Part shown: positions 1 through 9,044 of the stretch, one piece after another | Position numbering within the stretch: the stretch's first letter is position 1 | Layout of the letters: the number at the start of each line of letters is the position of its first letter | From: Lentisphaeria bacterium | GTDB lineage: Bacteria; Verrucomicrobiota; Lentisphaeria; JABSQK01; JAWLHB01 | DNA: 20,000 nt | Direction of reading: 5' to 3' | Assembly: GCA_041690595.1 (NCBI GenBank) | Contig: JAWLHB010000009.1 | Location: 122,538 to 142,537 of the forward strand | The notes under the pieces: generated by a model | The model's database searches: none | What the model saw: only the letters and a program-made list of their open reading frames with translations | Told to the model about the DNA's origin: nothing | Translations under genes and position numbers: made by a program

Positions 1-372
1 CCAGGCGCGACTGAGATCGAGGCGGCTGCCATGGACGGTGCCGTGCAGTGCACTGAGGCTGTCGTCAATCAGAATACCAACCTGAGCAGGCGGCTGCCGC
101 ATGCCTTCCGCGAACGGCAGCGGCAGAGAGCGTCGAGTACGCACGAAAGGCTGCGAAATGATGAGTACCAGGGCGACCAGCATGGCGAGGCGGGCGATCA
201 GCAGCAGCAACTGCTGCATCTGGAGACGGCGATTGAGCTTCTGGACCCGAACGAAGAGGCGCAGCGAGGGCACTATCTGCACCTGCTGGCGACGCCGGCG
301 GAAGTGAAGGTAGAGCGGCCAGGCAATCGCGGCCAGGCCAAGCAGCGCACCGCCGAAAAGGAAGCCTGCCAT
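1..372 (-). CDS. BatA (N-terminal double-transmembrane) domain plus VWA domain protein, 5' part only; runs off the left edge
   Basis: Not in the ORF track. Hand translation from ATG 372 gives MAGFLFGGALLGLAAIAWPLYLHFRRRRQQVQIVPSLRLF...QQLLLLIARLAMLVALVLIISQPFV...VGILIDDSLS, open to base 1. It matches the BatA pattern (LAAxxxPxxLH...PSLxL...LLLxxR...P) followed by a VWA MIDAS DxSxS motif. Confidence 0.85.
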   Translation of the reverse strand, partial: MAGFLFGGALLGLAAIAWPLYLHFRRRRQQVQIVPSLRLFVRVQKLNRRLQMQQLLLLIARLAMLVALVLIISQPFVRTRRSLPLPFAEGMRQPPAQVGILIDDSLSALHGTVHGSRLDLSRAW

Positions 373-451
373 CTACTCTGATCCCCTGCGTGTGGCGGTT
401 GTACCTCACCGTGCTGACGAAGGCAGCCTCGCAGCCAATGCGCGGCATCAC

Positions 452-480
452 ACCATACCCATTGCCGACTGCCGCGTCAA
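452..480 (-). promoter_or_regulatory. Putative sigma70 promoter for the BatA/VWA gene
   Basis: Minus strand TTGACG-17 nt-TATGGT. The -35 box overlaps the M48 gene stop codon, and the -10 box lies about 80 nt upstream of ATG 372. Confidence 0.6.
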
Positions 481-1718
481 CCGCTCTTCGCGCGCAGGGC
501 ACGCACACGCTGCAGAACGGGAGGATGACTGTACTCGAGGAATACCTTGGCCGGATGTGGCGTCAGATCGCTGGAATTATCGACGCTCAGCTTCTTGAGC
601 CCGTCAATCAGGGCTTCCGGTTTGCCGAAAGTGTCGGCGGAGTAGGCATCCGCCTCGAATTCGAATCGGCGGGAGAGAGCATTGGTGACGATGCCGATGA
701 CGGTAGCAATGGGAGAATAAAGGAAGCCGATAAAGAAGAGGCTGGCGTAGATGGAGGTCCGCTCCATGCGAAAGGCGGCGAACAAACCTTCGTTCTCGAT
801 GAAGAGGGAGAGCAGGAAGAAGAGCAGCGCCGTGGTGAGCGCCGAAATGAAAAGAAGCTTGTGGATGTGTTTCTTCTTGAAGTGGCCCATCTCGTGGGCA
901 AGGACAGCCATCAGCTCATCGACCGTGTGCTTTTCAACGAGTGTGTCGAAGAGGACGATGCGGCGATAACGGCCAAAACCGGTGAAATAGGCATTGGCCT
1001 TGGTGCTGCGGCGGGAACCATCCATCGTATAGATGCCACTGAGCTGAAAGCCCTGACGTCGGGCGTACTCCTCGATGGCGTGGCGAAGCTCGCCTTCCGG
1101 CAACGGCTCGAACTTGTTGAACAGCGGCATGATCACCAGAGGCGCAAGATAGAGGATGACCAGTTGCAGAAGCATGACCGCGGCCCAGGCGTAGATCCAT
1201 GCCGCCTCCCCTGTCTTCAGAAAGAACCAGATGACGACGGCGAGCAGGATGCCCCCGATGATTGCACCCAGAAGCAGCCCCTTGAGCTGGTCGGTCAGGA
1301 AGGTACGCCAGGTCATCTTGTTGAAGCCGAACTTCTGTTCGATGCCGAAGATGCTGTAAAGGGAAAACGGCAGACCAACCAGATAACTGAGCACCGCGAT
1401 GATGCCGGCGAAGATCAGGCCGGTGAGTATCTCGCCCGTGGCGACGCTCCGGGCAAGCCGATCCGCCCAGTTGAAGCCGCCGAGGAGAATGAAGGCAATG
1501 ACCAGCGGCAGCATGATCGTCTCGCGCAGCAGGTGAAAGCGGGTCCGGACGCCCTGGTAGCGGCGCGACGTGGCATACTTCTCTTCGTCGAGTACGTCAC
1601 GGAATTCTTCCGGAACCTGGGGGGAGCCGTGGCGCAGATTGAGCCACTCCACCACGACGTCGACCAGGTAGTCGCCGACCAGGATAAGCAGCACCAGAAT
1701 GAGGTAAACGTTGATCAT
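477..1718 (-). CDS. M48 family zinc metalloprotease, Ste24/CAAX prenyl protease-like, multi-pass membrane protein
   Basis: HEMGH (HEXXH), EFEAD third ligand, C-terminal SHPP..R, DGSRRSTKANAYFTGFG motif and several hydrophobic segments. Start placed at ATG 1718 (MINVYLIL), which overlaps the rnhB stop (ATGA). Confidence 0.92.
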   Translation of the reverse strand: MINVYLILVLLILVGDYLVDVVVEWLNLRHGSPQVPEEFRDVLDEEKYATSRRYQGVRTRFHLLRETIMLPLVIAFILLGGFNWADRLARSVATGEILTGLIFAGIIAVLSYLVGLPFSLYSIFGIEQKFGFNKMTWRTFLTDQLKGLLLGAIIGGILLAVVIWFFLKTGEAAWIYAWAAVMLLQLVILYLAPLVIMPLFNKFEPLPEGELRHAIEEYARRQGFQLSGIYTMDGSRRSTKANAYFTGFGRYRRIVLFDTLVEKHTVDELMAVLAHEMGHFKKKHIHKLLFISALTTALLFFLLSLFIENEGLFAAFRMERTSIYASLFFIGFLYSPIATVIGIVTNALSRRFEFEADAYSADTFGKPEALIDGLKKLSVDNSSDLTPHPAKVFLEYSHPPVLQRVRALRAKSG

Positions 1719-2395
1719 GAGGTGGCGCCGGCTTCCTGTTGGCAGATGAAGGGCAGGTCTGCCTGAACCGGCGTCTGAAAGAAGTCGCTGACCGGACGGA
1801 AGCTGCGACGGTGTATCGGGCAGGGGCCGAGGGCCATCAACGCCTCCACATGCGCCGGCGTGCAATAGCCCTTATGCTGAGCGAAACCATATCCCGGATA
1901 CTGCCGGTCATACTCCACCATCAGGCGATCCCGGTGCACCTTCGCCAGGATACTGGCCGCGGCGATCGACGCGCACTTCGCGTCTCCCTTGACGATGCTG
2001 CGGCTCGGCGACGGCAGCCCCCGTACCGGACTTCCATCGACCAGTATGAAGTCAGGCTCTACAACCAGCGCAGCCTGCCGCATGGCCATCCAGGTGGCTT
2101 GCAGGATATTGACCCGGTCGATCATCCCGTGGTCGACAACCGCAATGCCATAGCGTACGAGTGGATTTGCGGTAAGCGCCGCATGCAGGAACTCCCGCAC
2201 CTCCGGCGTCACCTGCTTGGAATCGTTCAGCCCATCGAGCTCGAGGTCGAGGGGAAGACAGACGGCCGCGGCCACGACAGGACCGGCCAGCGGACCGCGC
2301 CCTGCTTCGTCAATGCCTGCCACGCACCGGTAGCCGGCGGCGGCAGCCAGGTGGGCATAGAGATAGAGAGAAGCAGGGGCGTCCGGCAAATCCAT
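1715..2395 (-). CDS. rnhB: Ribonuclease HII
   Basis: GIDEAGRGPLAGPV, LNDSK, LVDG, KGD...SIAAASILAKV and HKGY...HRRSF motifs; usual position after rplS. Confidence 0.96.
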   Translation of the reverse strand: MDLPDAPASLYLYAHLAAAAGYRCVAGIDEAGRGPLAGPVVAAAVCLPLDLELDGLNDSKQVTPEVREFLHAALTANPLVRYGIAVVDHGMIDRVNILQATWMAMRQAALVVEPDFILVDGSPVRGLPSPSRSIVKGDAKCASIAAASILAKVHRDRLMVEYDRQYPGYGFAQHKGYCTPAHVEALMALGPCPIHRRSFRPVSDFFQTPVQADLPFICQQEAGATS

Positions 2396-2401
2396 GACTG
2401 C

Positions 2402-2755
2402 TTACTTCGCGCCGCGCATCTTCTCCTTGATGCGTGCGGCCTTGCCGACACGCTCGCGAAGGTAGTAGAGCTTCGCCCGGCGAACGTCGCCGCGCATGCT
2501 CACTTCCACCTTGGCCACGTGGGGCGAATGCAGCGGGAAGACGCGCTCGATGCCTTCACCATAGGCAACTCGACGGACCGTGAAGGTCTCGTTCACGCCC
2601 GTGCCCTTGCGACCGATGACGGTGCCGGGGAAGACCTGAATGCGCTCCTTCTCACCTTCGCGGATCAGAACATGAACGCGAACGGTATCACCGACGTTGA
2701 ATTCCGGAACATCCGTCTTCTTCTGCTCTTGAGTAATTTTTTCTACGACGTTCAT
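2402..2755 (-). CDS. rplS: 50S ribosomal protein L19
   Basis: [24 protein letters not shown]...TFTVRR...[11 protein letters not shown]...[12 protein letters not shown]. Start at ATG 2755, overlapping the trmD stop (ATGA); 117 aa. Confidence 0.97.
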   Translation of the reverse strand: MNVVEKITQEQKKTDVPEFNVGDTVRVHVLIREGEKERIQVFPGTVIGRKGTGVNETFTVRRVAYGEGIERVFPLHSPHVAKVEVSMRGDVRRAKLYYLRERVGKAARIKEKMRGAK

Positions 2756-3453
2756 GATCGGGGCTCTCCATGGTTGTGCAGGTCGTTGTTGAAAAGGTCT
2801 GGGCGGCGTTCGCGGGTACGTCGAACAGCTTCCCGTCGTCGCCACTCGGCTATGGCCTGGTGATTTCCCGAGAGAAGTACATCCGGGACGCGCATGTCGC
2901 GAAAGACTTCCGGCCGCGTGTACTGTGGATACTCCAGCAAGTCTTCGCTGAAGGACTCCTCCTGGGTGGAACTCTCGCATCCGAGCGCTCCCGGCAGCAG
3001 GCGTATAACGGCATCCGCCAGCACCATGGCTGCCAGATTACCGCTGGTCAAAATGTAATCGCCTATCGAAATTTCCTCGTCCACCAATGCCTGGCGAACT
3101 CTCTCGTCGACTCCTTCATAATGTCCGCAGATCAAGATCAGGTGCGTCTGTTGAGCGAGCTCGACAGCCTTGGCCTGGTTGAACCTCTGCCCTTGAGGGC
3201 AAAGCAGGATGGCTCTTGAACTCTCACTGCTAACGCTTTCCACCGCGGCGAAGAGAGGCTCCGGTTTCATGACCATGCCCGCTCCGCCCCCGTAGGGACG
3301 ATCGTCGGTGGTATGATGCCGATCCGTGGTGAAATCCCTTGGATTGACCCAGTTGACCTCGACTATGCCTTTCTCGCGGGCCCGTTTCACGATCGACTCG
3401 GTAAACGGCCCCTCATACATGGCTGGAAAGATCGTCACGATGTCCAGCCGCAT
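2752..3453 (-). CDS. trmD: tRNA (guanine37-N1)-methyltransferase
   Basis: [37 protein letters not shown] and [10 protein letters not shown]...[10 protein letters not shown] motifs. Confidence 0.97.
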   Translation of the reverse strand: MRLDIVTIFPAMYEGPFTESIVKRAREKGIVEVNWVNPRDFTTDRHHTTDDRPYGGGAGMVMKPEPLFAAVESVSSESSRAILLCPQGQRFNQAKAVELAQQTHLILICGHYEGVDERVRQALVDEEISIGDYILTSGNLAAMVLADAVIRLLPGALGCESSTQEESFSEDLLEYPQYTRPEVFRDMRVPDVLLSGNHQAIAEWRRREAVRRTRERRPDLFNNDLHNHGEPRS

Positions 3454-3821
3454 CAGTCCTCCATCACAATGACGCTCGCTTTCTGATTCTGACGTGCGGC
3501 GGCGCCTTTGACCAGGGAGCGGATGGCTCGGATCGTCTTGCCGCTCTTGCCGATGATGCGTCCGACTTCTTCGGGATGGCAGCGAATGCGAATGAGCAGA
3601 CCCTGTTCATCGATTTCCGAAGAGACATTCACCTCATCTCCATGCTTGACGAGAGCGCGAACGACAAAATCGACGAAAGCAGTCAGGTTGGCTTCGTTGA
3701 GATCGTCCTGCGCGGTCGGTTCAGCCTTGGAGCTGTCAGTTTCAGGTGGTGGCGTTGGGGTTTGGGGTGTTTCGTGTTGGGGTTTGCTGACTCCGAACAG
3801 TTTCGAGAATATATTGACCAT
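3453..3821 (-). CDS. khpA: KH-domain RNA-binding protein (KhpA/YlqC family) with an N-terminal extension
   Basis: [15 protein letters not shown] (KH GxxG loop). Lies between rpsP and trmD, and its stop overlaps the trmD start (TGATG). Confidence 0.85.
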   Translation of the reverse strand: MVNIFSKLFGVSKPQHETPQTPTPPPETDSSKAEPTAQDDLNEANLTAFVDFVVRALVKHGDEVNVSSEIDEQGLLIRIRCHPEEVGRIIGKSGKTIRAIRSLVKGAAARQNQKASVIVMED

Positions 3822-4089
3822 GAGTGTGGGCTATGTTAATCCAGCAGCGGTAACCGGCGCGTCGAGACGAGATGCGGGAATGCAGCGGCATCAGAAGGAA
3901 GAGCAGACAGCCGCGTCAAGTACACTATCTTCGCCATCGCCATGCGTGGCCGGTAGTTCGATTGAGTTGATCGCCGGGGGTTCTGCCCGACATCGGCATC
4001 TTCAAGAGAGTCGGTGTCAGGTCGAGCAGAGCACCAGGCGCCGGTACGCCAAGCTGGGCATTTCAGGTTGTGGCCGACCAGGGTCGTCG

Positions 4090-4524
4090 TTATTCGGAAG
4101 CTTTTTCCTCGTCTTTTTCTTCTTCCGCGGGGGCAGGGGCTTCTTCAGCCACCGACGTCGCTTCAGCAACAGGCGCTTCCTGCGCGGCTGGTGCAGCTTC
4201 TTCGACAGCCTCAGTCGCCGGCGCGGGTGCGGCGGCCGCCTTGACCGGTGCAGCTTCAGGCTGGACCTTCTCTGGTGGCGTCATCAGCTTGCCTTCGCGG
4301 GCGCGGCGGATGATATCCGCGACGGTCTGCGAGGGCTGAGCGCCGTTGGAGAGCCAGTACTCGGCACGCTCAAGATCCAGCCCCTCCTGCTCGCGCCGGG
4401 GATCGTAGAAGCCCAGGATCTCGATGAATTTGCCATCACGAGGGCAACGCTGATCGGCGGCTACCACGCGGTAGGCCGGCTTGTTCTTGGCGCCCATTCG
4501 GCGAAGACGCAGTCTCACTGACAT
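4090..4524 (-). CDS. rpsP: 30S ribosomal protein S16 with an Ala/Glu/Pro-rich C-terminal tail
   Basis: VRLRLRRMGAKNKPAYRVVAADQRCPRDGKFIEILGFYDP...WLSNGAQPS.TV; GAGGA SD-like sequence upstream. Confidence 0.97.
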   Translation of the reverse strand: MSVRLRLRRMGAKNKPAYRVVAADQRCPRDGKFIEILGFYDPRREQEGLDLERAEYWLSNGAQPSQTVADIIRRAREGKLMTPPEKVQPEAAPVKAAAAPAPATEAVEEAAPAAQEAPVAEATSVAEEAPAPAEEEKDEEKASE

Positions 4525-4638
4525 AACTCGGTGTCCTCAGGGTTGATTCGCATTCACTCGCCAGCAGGCAACAGGCGTATAGGTAAGCCGCTTGCCGTCT
4601 GGATAAAAGAAACTCTCTGCATTTAAAAGCGGATAGGT

Positions 4639-4666
4639 AATATAACCGCCCATACCTGCGGCGCAA
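4639..4666 (-). promoter_or_regulatory. Putative sigma70 promoter of the rpsP operon
   Basis: Minus strand TTGCGC-16 nt-TATATT, located between the pilC terminator and rpsP. Confidence 0.6.
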
Positions 4667-4705
4667 CTTCTCCTCCACTTTTTTACACTACCGGATCAGT
4701 TGGAC

Positions 4706-4744
4706 AAAAAAGGGCCGGCTTGCGGAGGAATCCGGAAGCCGGCC
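4706..4744 (-). terminator. Rho-independent terminator of the pil cluster
   Basis: Minus strand GGCCGGCTT-c-CGGA ttcc TCCG-c-AAGCCGGCC followed by cTTTTTT, 30 nt after the pilC stop. Confidence 0.85.
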
Positions 4745-4774
4745 AAGACCACTGGCAGCTCTCCCTTCGAGCGG

Positions 4775-6043
4775 CTAACCGCCCAAGGTGTCGATGAGCT
4801 TGATCAGGGGCATGAACATCGCCAGAACAATACCACCGATGAGCACACCCAAGACGACGATCATGATCGGTTCAATGAGTGAAGTCATGGCTTCGACCGC
4901 CATGTCCACTTCTTCTTCATAAACTTTGGCAACACGGCTGAGCATTTCGGGAAGGGCGCCGGTCTCTTCACCAACCTCGATCATACTGACCACCATCATC
5001 GGGAAGACGCCGGTGGATTCGAGTGGTTTCGCCATGCCTTCACCTTCCTTCACCGCATCGTGAACCAGCTGCACCGCCCGCGCCACGCATTGGTTTCCAG
5101 AGGTATCCCGCACAATCTGCAGGGCGTTCAAGACCGAAACGCCTGAACTCATCAAGGTACCGAGGGTGGAACAAAATCGAGCCACGGAAGACTTGACCAC
5201 CAACCCGTTGAAAGGCGGCACCTTCATCTTCATGTAGTCGATGCTGTACGACCCAAAGGCTGTCTTCTTGTACATCTTGTAGAGGAAAATAAGGACACCA
5301 ATCCCGATGAGACCGAGAATAGATCGTTCCTTGAGGAAGGTACTGATGCCGATAACGAAGTTGGTGAGGGCGGGCAGCGGCTCGCCGGCCAGCATTTCGT
5401 CGAACATCTTGGCGAACTTCGGCACGATGAAGATCATCAAACCCGCGGTAATGGTCAACGCGATGAAAAGCACGACCACCGGATAGACCAGGGCGGACTT
5501 GACCTTCGCCTTGAGGCGGGCGGACTTTTCCATGTACTCCGCGAGCCGGGTGAGTACCTGTTCGAGAGCACCGGACGCCTCACCAGCACGAATCATATTG
5601 ATGTAGAGCTTGTCAAACGACTTGGGATGCTGCCCGAGAGATTCGGAGAAGGTCATACCACCTTCGACTGCGTCGGCGATTTCCGATATGATGGTTTTCT
5701 CGCCGACATCCTTGGACTGACGTTCGAGCGTACGGAGGGCACGCACGAGGGGCAGACCGGCGTCGAGCAGCGTCGCAAGCTGCCGGGTGAAGGCAGTGAG
5801 GATCTTCTGCCTCAGCTTCGGTGTGCCAATGCTGATATTGAGGCCGCCGCCGTACTTGCGCTTGGGCTTGCGTCCACCCTTGCCACCAGCCTTCTGCTTG
5901 GTGCCGCCCACTTCATCGAGCCGTTGCGGATAAAGACCGCGTGCCTTCAGCTTCTTGGCGGCGTCGTCCTTGCCATCGGCCTCGATACGCCCCTTCTGCT
6001 CTTTGCCCTTATTATCGACAGCCACATAGTTGAACTGAGGCAT
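4775..6043 (-). CDS. pilC: Type IV pilus / T2SS inner-membrane platform protein (PilC/GspF family)
   Basis: FTRQLATLLDAGLPLVRAL, AGEASGAL, ALVYP, VGEETGALPEML and LIEP motifs. Start at ATG 6043 (MPQFNYVA) with SD AAGGAG. Confidence 0.94.
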   Translation of the reverse strand: MPQFNYVAVDNKGKEQKGRIEADGKDDAAKKLKARGLYPQRLDEVGGTKQKAGGKGGRKPKRKYGGGLNISIGTPKLRQKILTAFTRQLATLLDAGLPLVRALRTLERQSKDVGEKTIISEIADAVEGGMTFSESLGQHPKSFDKLYINMIRAGEASGALEQVLTRLAEYMEKSARLKAKVKSALVYPVVVLFIALTITAGLMIFIVPKFAKMFDEMLAGEPLPALTNFVIGISTFLKERSILGLIGIGVLIFLYKMYKKTAFGSYSIDYMKMKVPPFNGLVVKSSVARFCSTLGTLMSSGVSVLNALQIVRDTSGNQCVARAVQLVHDAVKEGEGMAKPLESTGVFPMMVVSMIEVGEETGALPEMLSRVAKVYEEEVDMAVEAMTSLIEPIMIVVLGVLIGGIVLAMFMPLIKLIDTLGG

Positions 6044-6120
6044 GATGACTACTCCTTGTCGTGAACGTCCCGTCGCCAGCGCCGACGATGTACGGCGCAT
6101 CAGACAGACTGATGGCGACT

Positions 6121-6149
6121 AATATAGCGGGGGGTAAAGGGGTTGACAA
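6121..6149 (-). promoter_or_regulatory. Putative internal sigma70 promoter for pilC
   Basis: Minus strand TTGTCA-17 nt-TATATT in the 167-nt pilT-pilC spacer. Confidence 0.65.
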
Positions 6150-6210
6150 GCAACAGTTTCCGCGGAATAACGCCGGGCCACTCCCAGATGCATGATGCCC
6201 GCGAGTCGCA

Positions 6211-7281
6211 TCACTTGTTGCCCTGCAGATTGTTGATGATGGCGCCCGGATCCTTTGACTTGGTGATCAGGTCACCATAGGAGATCTTGCCTTCTTCATA
6301 CAGGCGAGCCAGATGCGAGTCCAGCGTATTCATGCCGAATTTCGCGCCGGTCTGAATGTCGGAGGTGATACGATAGGTCTTGTTGTCGCGAATGAGGGCG
6401 CGAATGCCGGGTGTGCAGATCATGATCTCGAAAGCGGCGACGCGCCCGCCCTTGTCGGCGCGCTTCATGAGGACCTGAGAGATGACCGCTTCCAGGGAAC
6501 TGGCGAGCTGCGTACGCACCTGCGACTGCTGGTCGGTGGGGAAGGCATCGACGATACGGTCGATGGTCTCGGCGGCGCCGGTCGTATGCAGGGTACCGAA
6601 GACCAGATGGCCGGTTTCCGCCGCCGTCACGGCGGCTTCGATGGTCTCCAAGTCACGCATTTCACCGACCAGAATCACGTCCGGATCCTGTCGCAGAGCG
6701 CGCTTGAGAGCTTCTTCGAAGCTGGGCACATCCACCCCAATCTCACGCTGAATGATCAGCGATTTCTTGTGGTCGTGGTAGAATTCGACGGGGTCTTCCA
6801 CCGTAATGATGTGGCAATCGCGTTCTTCGTTGATGATATTTATCATCGATGCGAGGGTGGTCGATTTTCCGGATCCGGTAGGGCCGGTAACTAGGACGAG
6901 ACCGCGGGGACGAAACAGAAGATCCTTGACGGATGGCGGCAGACCGATGCTTTCCAGCGTCATGAGGTCATTGGGGATCATGCGGAGGACCATGCCGACG
7001 CTGCCCTTCTGCTTGAGAACACTGACGCGGAAGCGGCACTTGTCGCCAAAGGCGAAGCCGAAGTCAACCCCGCCATTCTGGCGGAGCGCCTGCTGATTGG
7101 CGTCCGAGGTGATGGCCTTCATGAGGTTTTCGGTATCTTCAGGCGTCAGTGGCTCGGCATTGAGGTTTTCCAACCCCCCATGCACGCGCAAAGTGGGTGA
7201 AACGCCTACTTCGATATGCAGATCACTGGCGCCCTCGTCCAGGACGAGTTGCAGAAGGTCGTCCATTTCAAAATCCAGCAA
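6211..7281 (-). CDS. pilT: Type IV pilus retraction ATPase PilT
   Basis: ASDLH, Walker [42 protein letters not shown], and the PilT AIRNLIRE-like motif [11 protein letters not shown] start with SD GGGGGAGG; alternative ATG at 7266. Confidence 0.95.
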   Translation of the reverse strand: MLDFEMDDLLQLVLDEGASDLHIEVGVSPTLRVHGGLENLNAEPLTPEDTENLMKAITSDANQQALRQNGGVDFGFAFGDKCRFRVSVLKQKGSVGMVLRMIPNDLMTLESIGLPPSVKDLLFRPRGLVLVTGPTGSGKSTTLASMINIINEERDCHIITVEDPVEFYHDHKKSLIIQREIGVDVPSFEEALKRALRQDPDVILVGEMRDLETIEAAVTAAETGHLVFGTLHTTGAAETIDRIVDAFPTDQQSQVRTQLASSLEAVISQVLMKRADKGGRVAAFEIMICTPGIRALIRDNKTYRITSDIQTGAKFGMNTLDSHLARLYEEGKISYGDLITKSKDPGAIINNLQGNK

Positions 7282-7304
7282 GTGAGTACCCTCCCCCTTG
7301 GCTT

Positions 7305-9038
7305 TTACGTGTACTTGAGAATCTCTTCAGCGGTCGTGTCACCCTCAAGGATGGCATGAATGCCGTGCTCCCGCAGGGTCCGCATGCCTTCTTCGCGTGC
7401 TTTGGCAAAAAGCACGGCGGCTGGTTCCTTGCGGTTGATGAGCATCTTGATGGGGACGGAAGCCAGGAAGAGTTCAAAAAGGCCTGTCCGGCCCTTGTAG
7501 CCGGTATCGTTGCATTCGCCGCAGCCGCGTCCGTACCAGAAGCGACGGTCGCCAATGTCGGCGCGTGAAATATCCAGTGCTTCCAGTTCCTCATCCGTGG
7601 GCTCGTACTGCTCGCGGCAGTATTTGCAGACGCGTCGAACGAGTCGCTGGGCGAGCACACCTTCGATGGTGGAGGTGATGAGGAACGGCTCGACCCCCAT
7701 GTCGATGAGTCGCGTTACGGCACCGGGAGCGTCGTTGGTATGGAGGGTGCTGAGCACAAGGTGTCCCGTCAGCGAAGCCTGCACCGACATACTGGCCGTT
7801 TCCAGGTCGCGGATCTCGCCAATCATGATACGATCCGGATCCTGACGAAGGAAGGCCTTGAGTGCGCGCGCGAAGGTCATGCCGATACCATCGTTGATCG
7901 GGACCTGGATGAGACCCTCGATGTCGTATTCCACGGGGTCTTCGGCGGTGAGGAGCTTATCCTCGATGGTATTGAGTTCCTTGAGACAGGAATAGAGCGT
8001 CGTCGTCTTGCCTGAGCCCGTTGGCCCGGTGACAAGGACGATGCCATTGGGCTTGCGGATAATCTCGCGCAGGTCTGTCTTGATGGCGTCGGGCAGACCG
8101 ATCGCATCGAGGGAGAGGTTGACGATACTCTTATCGAGTACGCGCAGCACGACAGACTCGCCGTGCTGCGTCGGGAGCGTGGACACGCGCATGTCGATCT
8201 TCTTGCCGGCGACGCGCATTTCAATGCGTCCATCCTGAGGCAGGCGACGTTCGGCGATGTTGAGGCCGCTGACCACTTTTACGCGGCTGATGACGGGGAT
8301 GGCCAGATGCTTTGGCGGTGGCTGCATTTCATAAAGCACGCCGTCGATGCGGTAGCGAATCTTGAACTCGCTGGCAAAAGGCTCGAAGTGGATATCGCTG
8401 GCCTGATCCTTGACCGCTTGATAGAGAATGATGTTGACGAAGCGGACGATGGGGGTCATGTTGGCCCGCTCTTCAAGCTCCGCGGCCGTGATGTCCTCTC
8501 GTGCGTTCTCGTCGGTTTCGCCGGCATCTTCTCCGAAACCCTGCATTTCGGCGAGAACGTCATGCATGGAATCGCCCATGGATTCCGGATAGAAGTGGTC
8601 GATGGCTTCGAGGATGGCTTCGGGTTTGGCAACGACAACCTCGACCCGATCACGCCCGAGAACATAGGGCAGCTCGTCGATCATGCGAAAGTTCATCGGT
8701 TCAACGGCGGCGATGGTGATGACGCCACCGTCTTCAGCAACAGGAAGAACGCCATACATGCGGGCTATGTGGCCCTTTACCGACTGGATAACCTCATCGG
8801 AAATGTGGATACCCTTGATGTCGACATATTCGGAGCCGAGGGTTTCAGCGATGAGCTTGAGCAATTGTGCTTCACCCACGACGCCATAGTTGTAGATGGT
8901 CTGCTGGAAGGTGAGGCCGGTGCGTTCATGCTCCTCCCACAGTTCCACCAACTGCTCATCGTCAGCCAGTTCATTGTCGGTCAGCATGTGCCAGATGGCG
9001 CTGCTTTCGGAATCGAGGTCGGGCATTTTAGGGCTCAT
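7305..9038 (-). CDS. pilB: PilB/GspE family assembly ATPase (second copy)
   Basis: [62 protein letters not shown], and the tetracysteine CKYC...CGEC. Confidence 0.92.
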   Translation of the reverse strand: MSPKMPDLDSESSAIWHMLTDNELADDEQLVELWEEHERTGLTFQQTIYNYGVVGEAQLLKLIAETLGSEYVDIKGIHISDEVIQSVKGHIARMYGVLPVAEDGGVITIAAVEPMNFRMIDELPYVLGRDRVEVVVAKPEAILEAIDHFYPESMGDSMHDVLAEMQGFGEDAGETDENAREDITAAELEERANMTPIVRFVNIILYQAVKDQASDIHFEPFASEFKIRYRIDGVLYEMQPPPKHLAIPVISRVKVVSGLNIAERRLPQDGRIEMRVAGKKIDMRVSTLPTQHGESVVLRVLDKSIVNLSLDAIGLPDAIKTDLREIIRKPNGIVLVTGPTGSGKTTTLYSCLKELNTIEDKLLTAEDPVEYDIEGLIQVPINDGIGMTFARALKAFLRQDPDRIMIGEIRDLETASMSVQASLTGHLVLSTLHTNDAPGAVTRLIDMGVEPFLITSTIEGVLAQRLVRRVCKYCREQYEPTDEELEALDISRADIGDRRFWYGRGCGECNDTGYKGRTGLFELFLASVPIKMLINRKEPAAVLFAKAREEGMRTLREHGIHAILEGDTTAEEILKYT

Positions 9039-9044
9039 TCTGGC

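Noticed and set aside
390..1766. 458-aa plus-strand ORF
   Set aside because: Antisense shadow of the M48 gene, with no recognisable motifs; expected from GC-rich codon bias.
3890..3919. Internal promoter for khpA (minus-strand TTGACG)
   Set aside because: Good -35 box, but no acceptable -10 box at 16-18 nt (TTCTGA/TCTGAT).
3930..4089. 6S RNA in the rpsP-khpA spacer
   Set aside because: A rod-like hairpin is present, but I could not identify a central bubble, a closing stem or a convincing promoter. Kept only as an unassigned structure.
1739..4521. Plus-strand ORFs 1739..2863 and 3508..4521
   Set aside because: Antisense to rnhB, rplS, khpA and rpsP; Arg/Ser-rich low-information translations.
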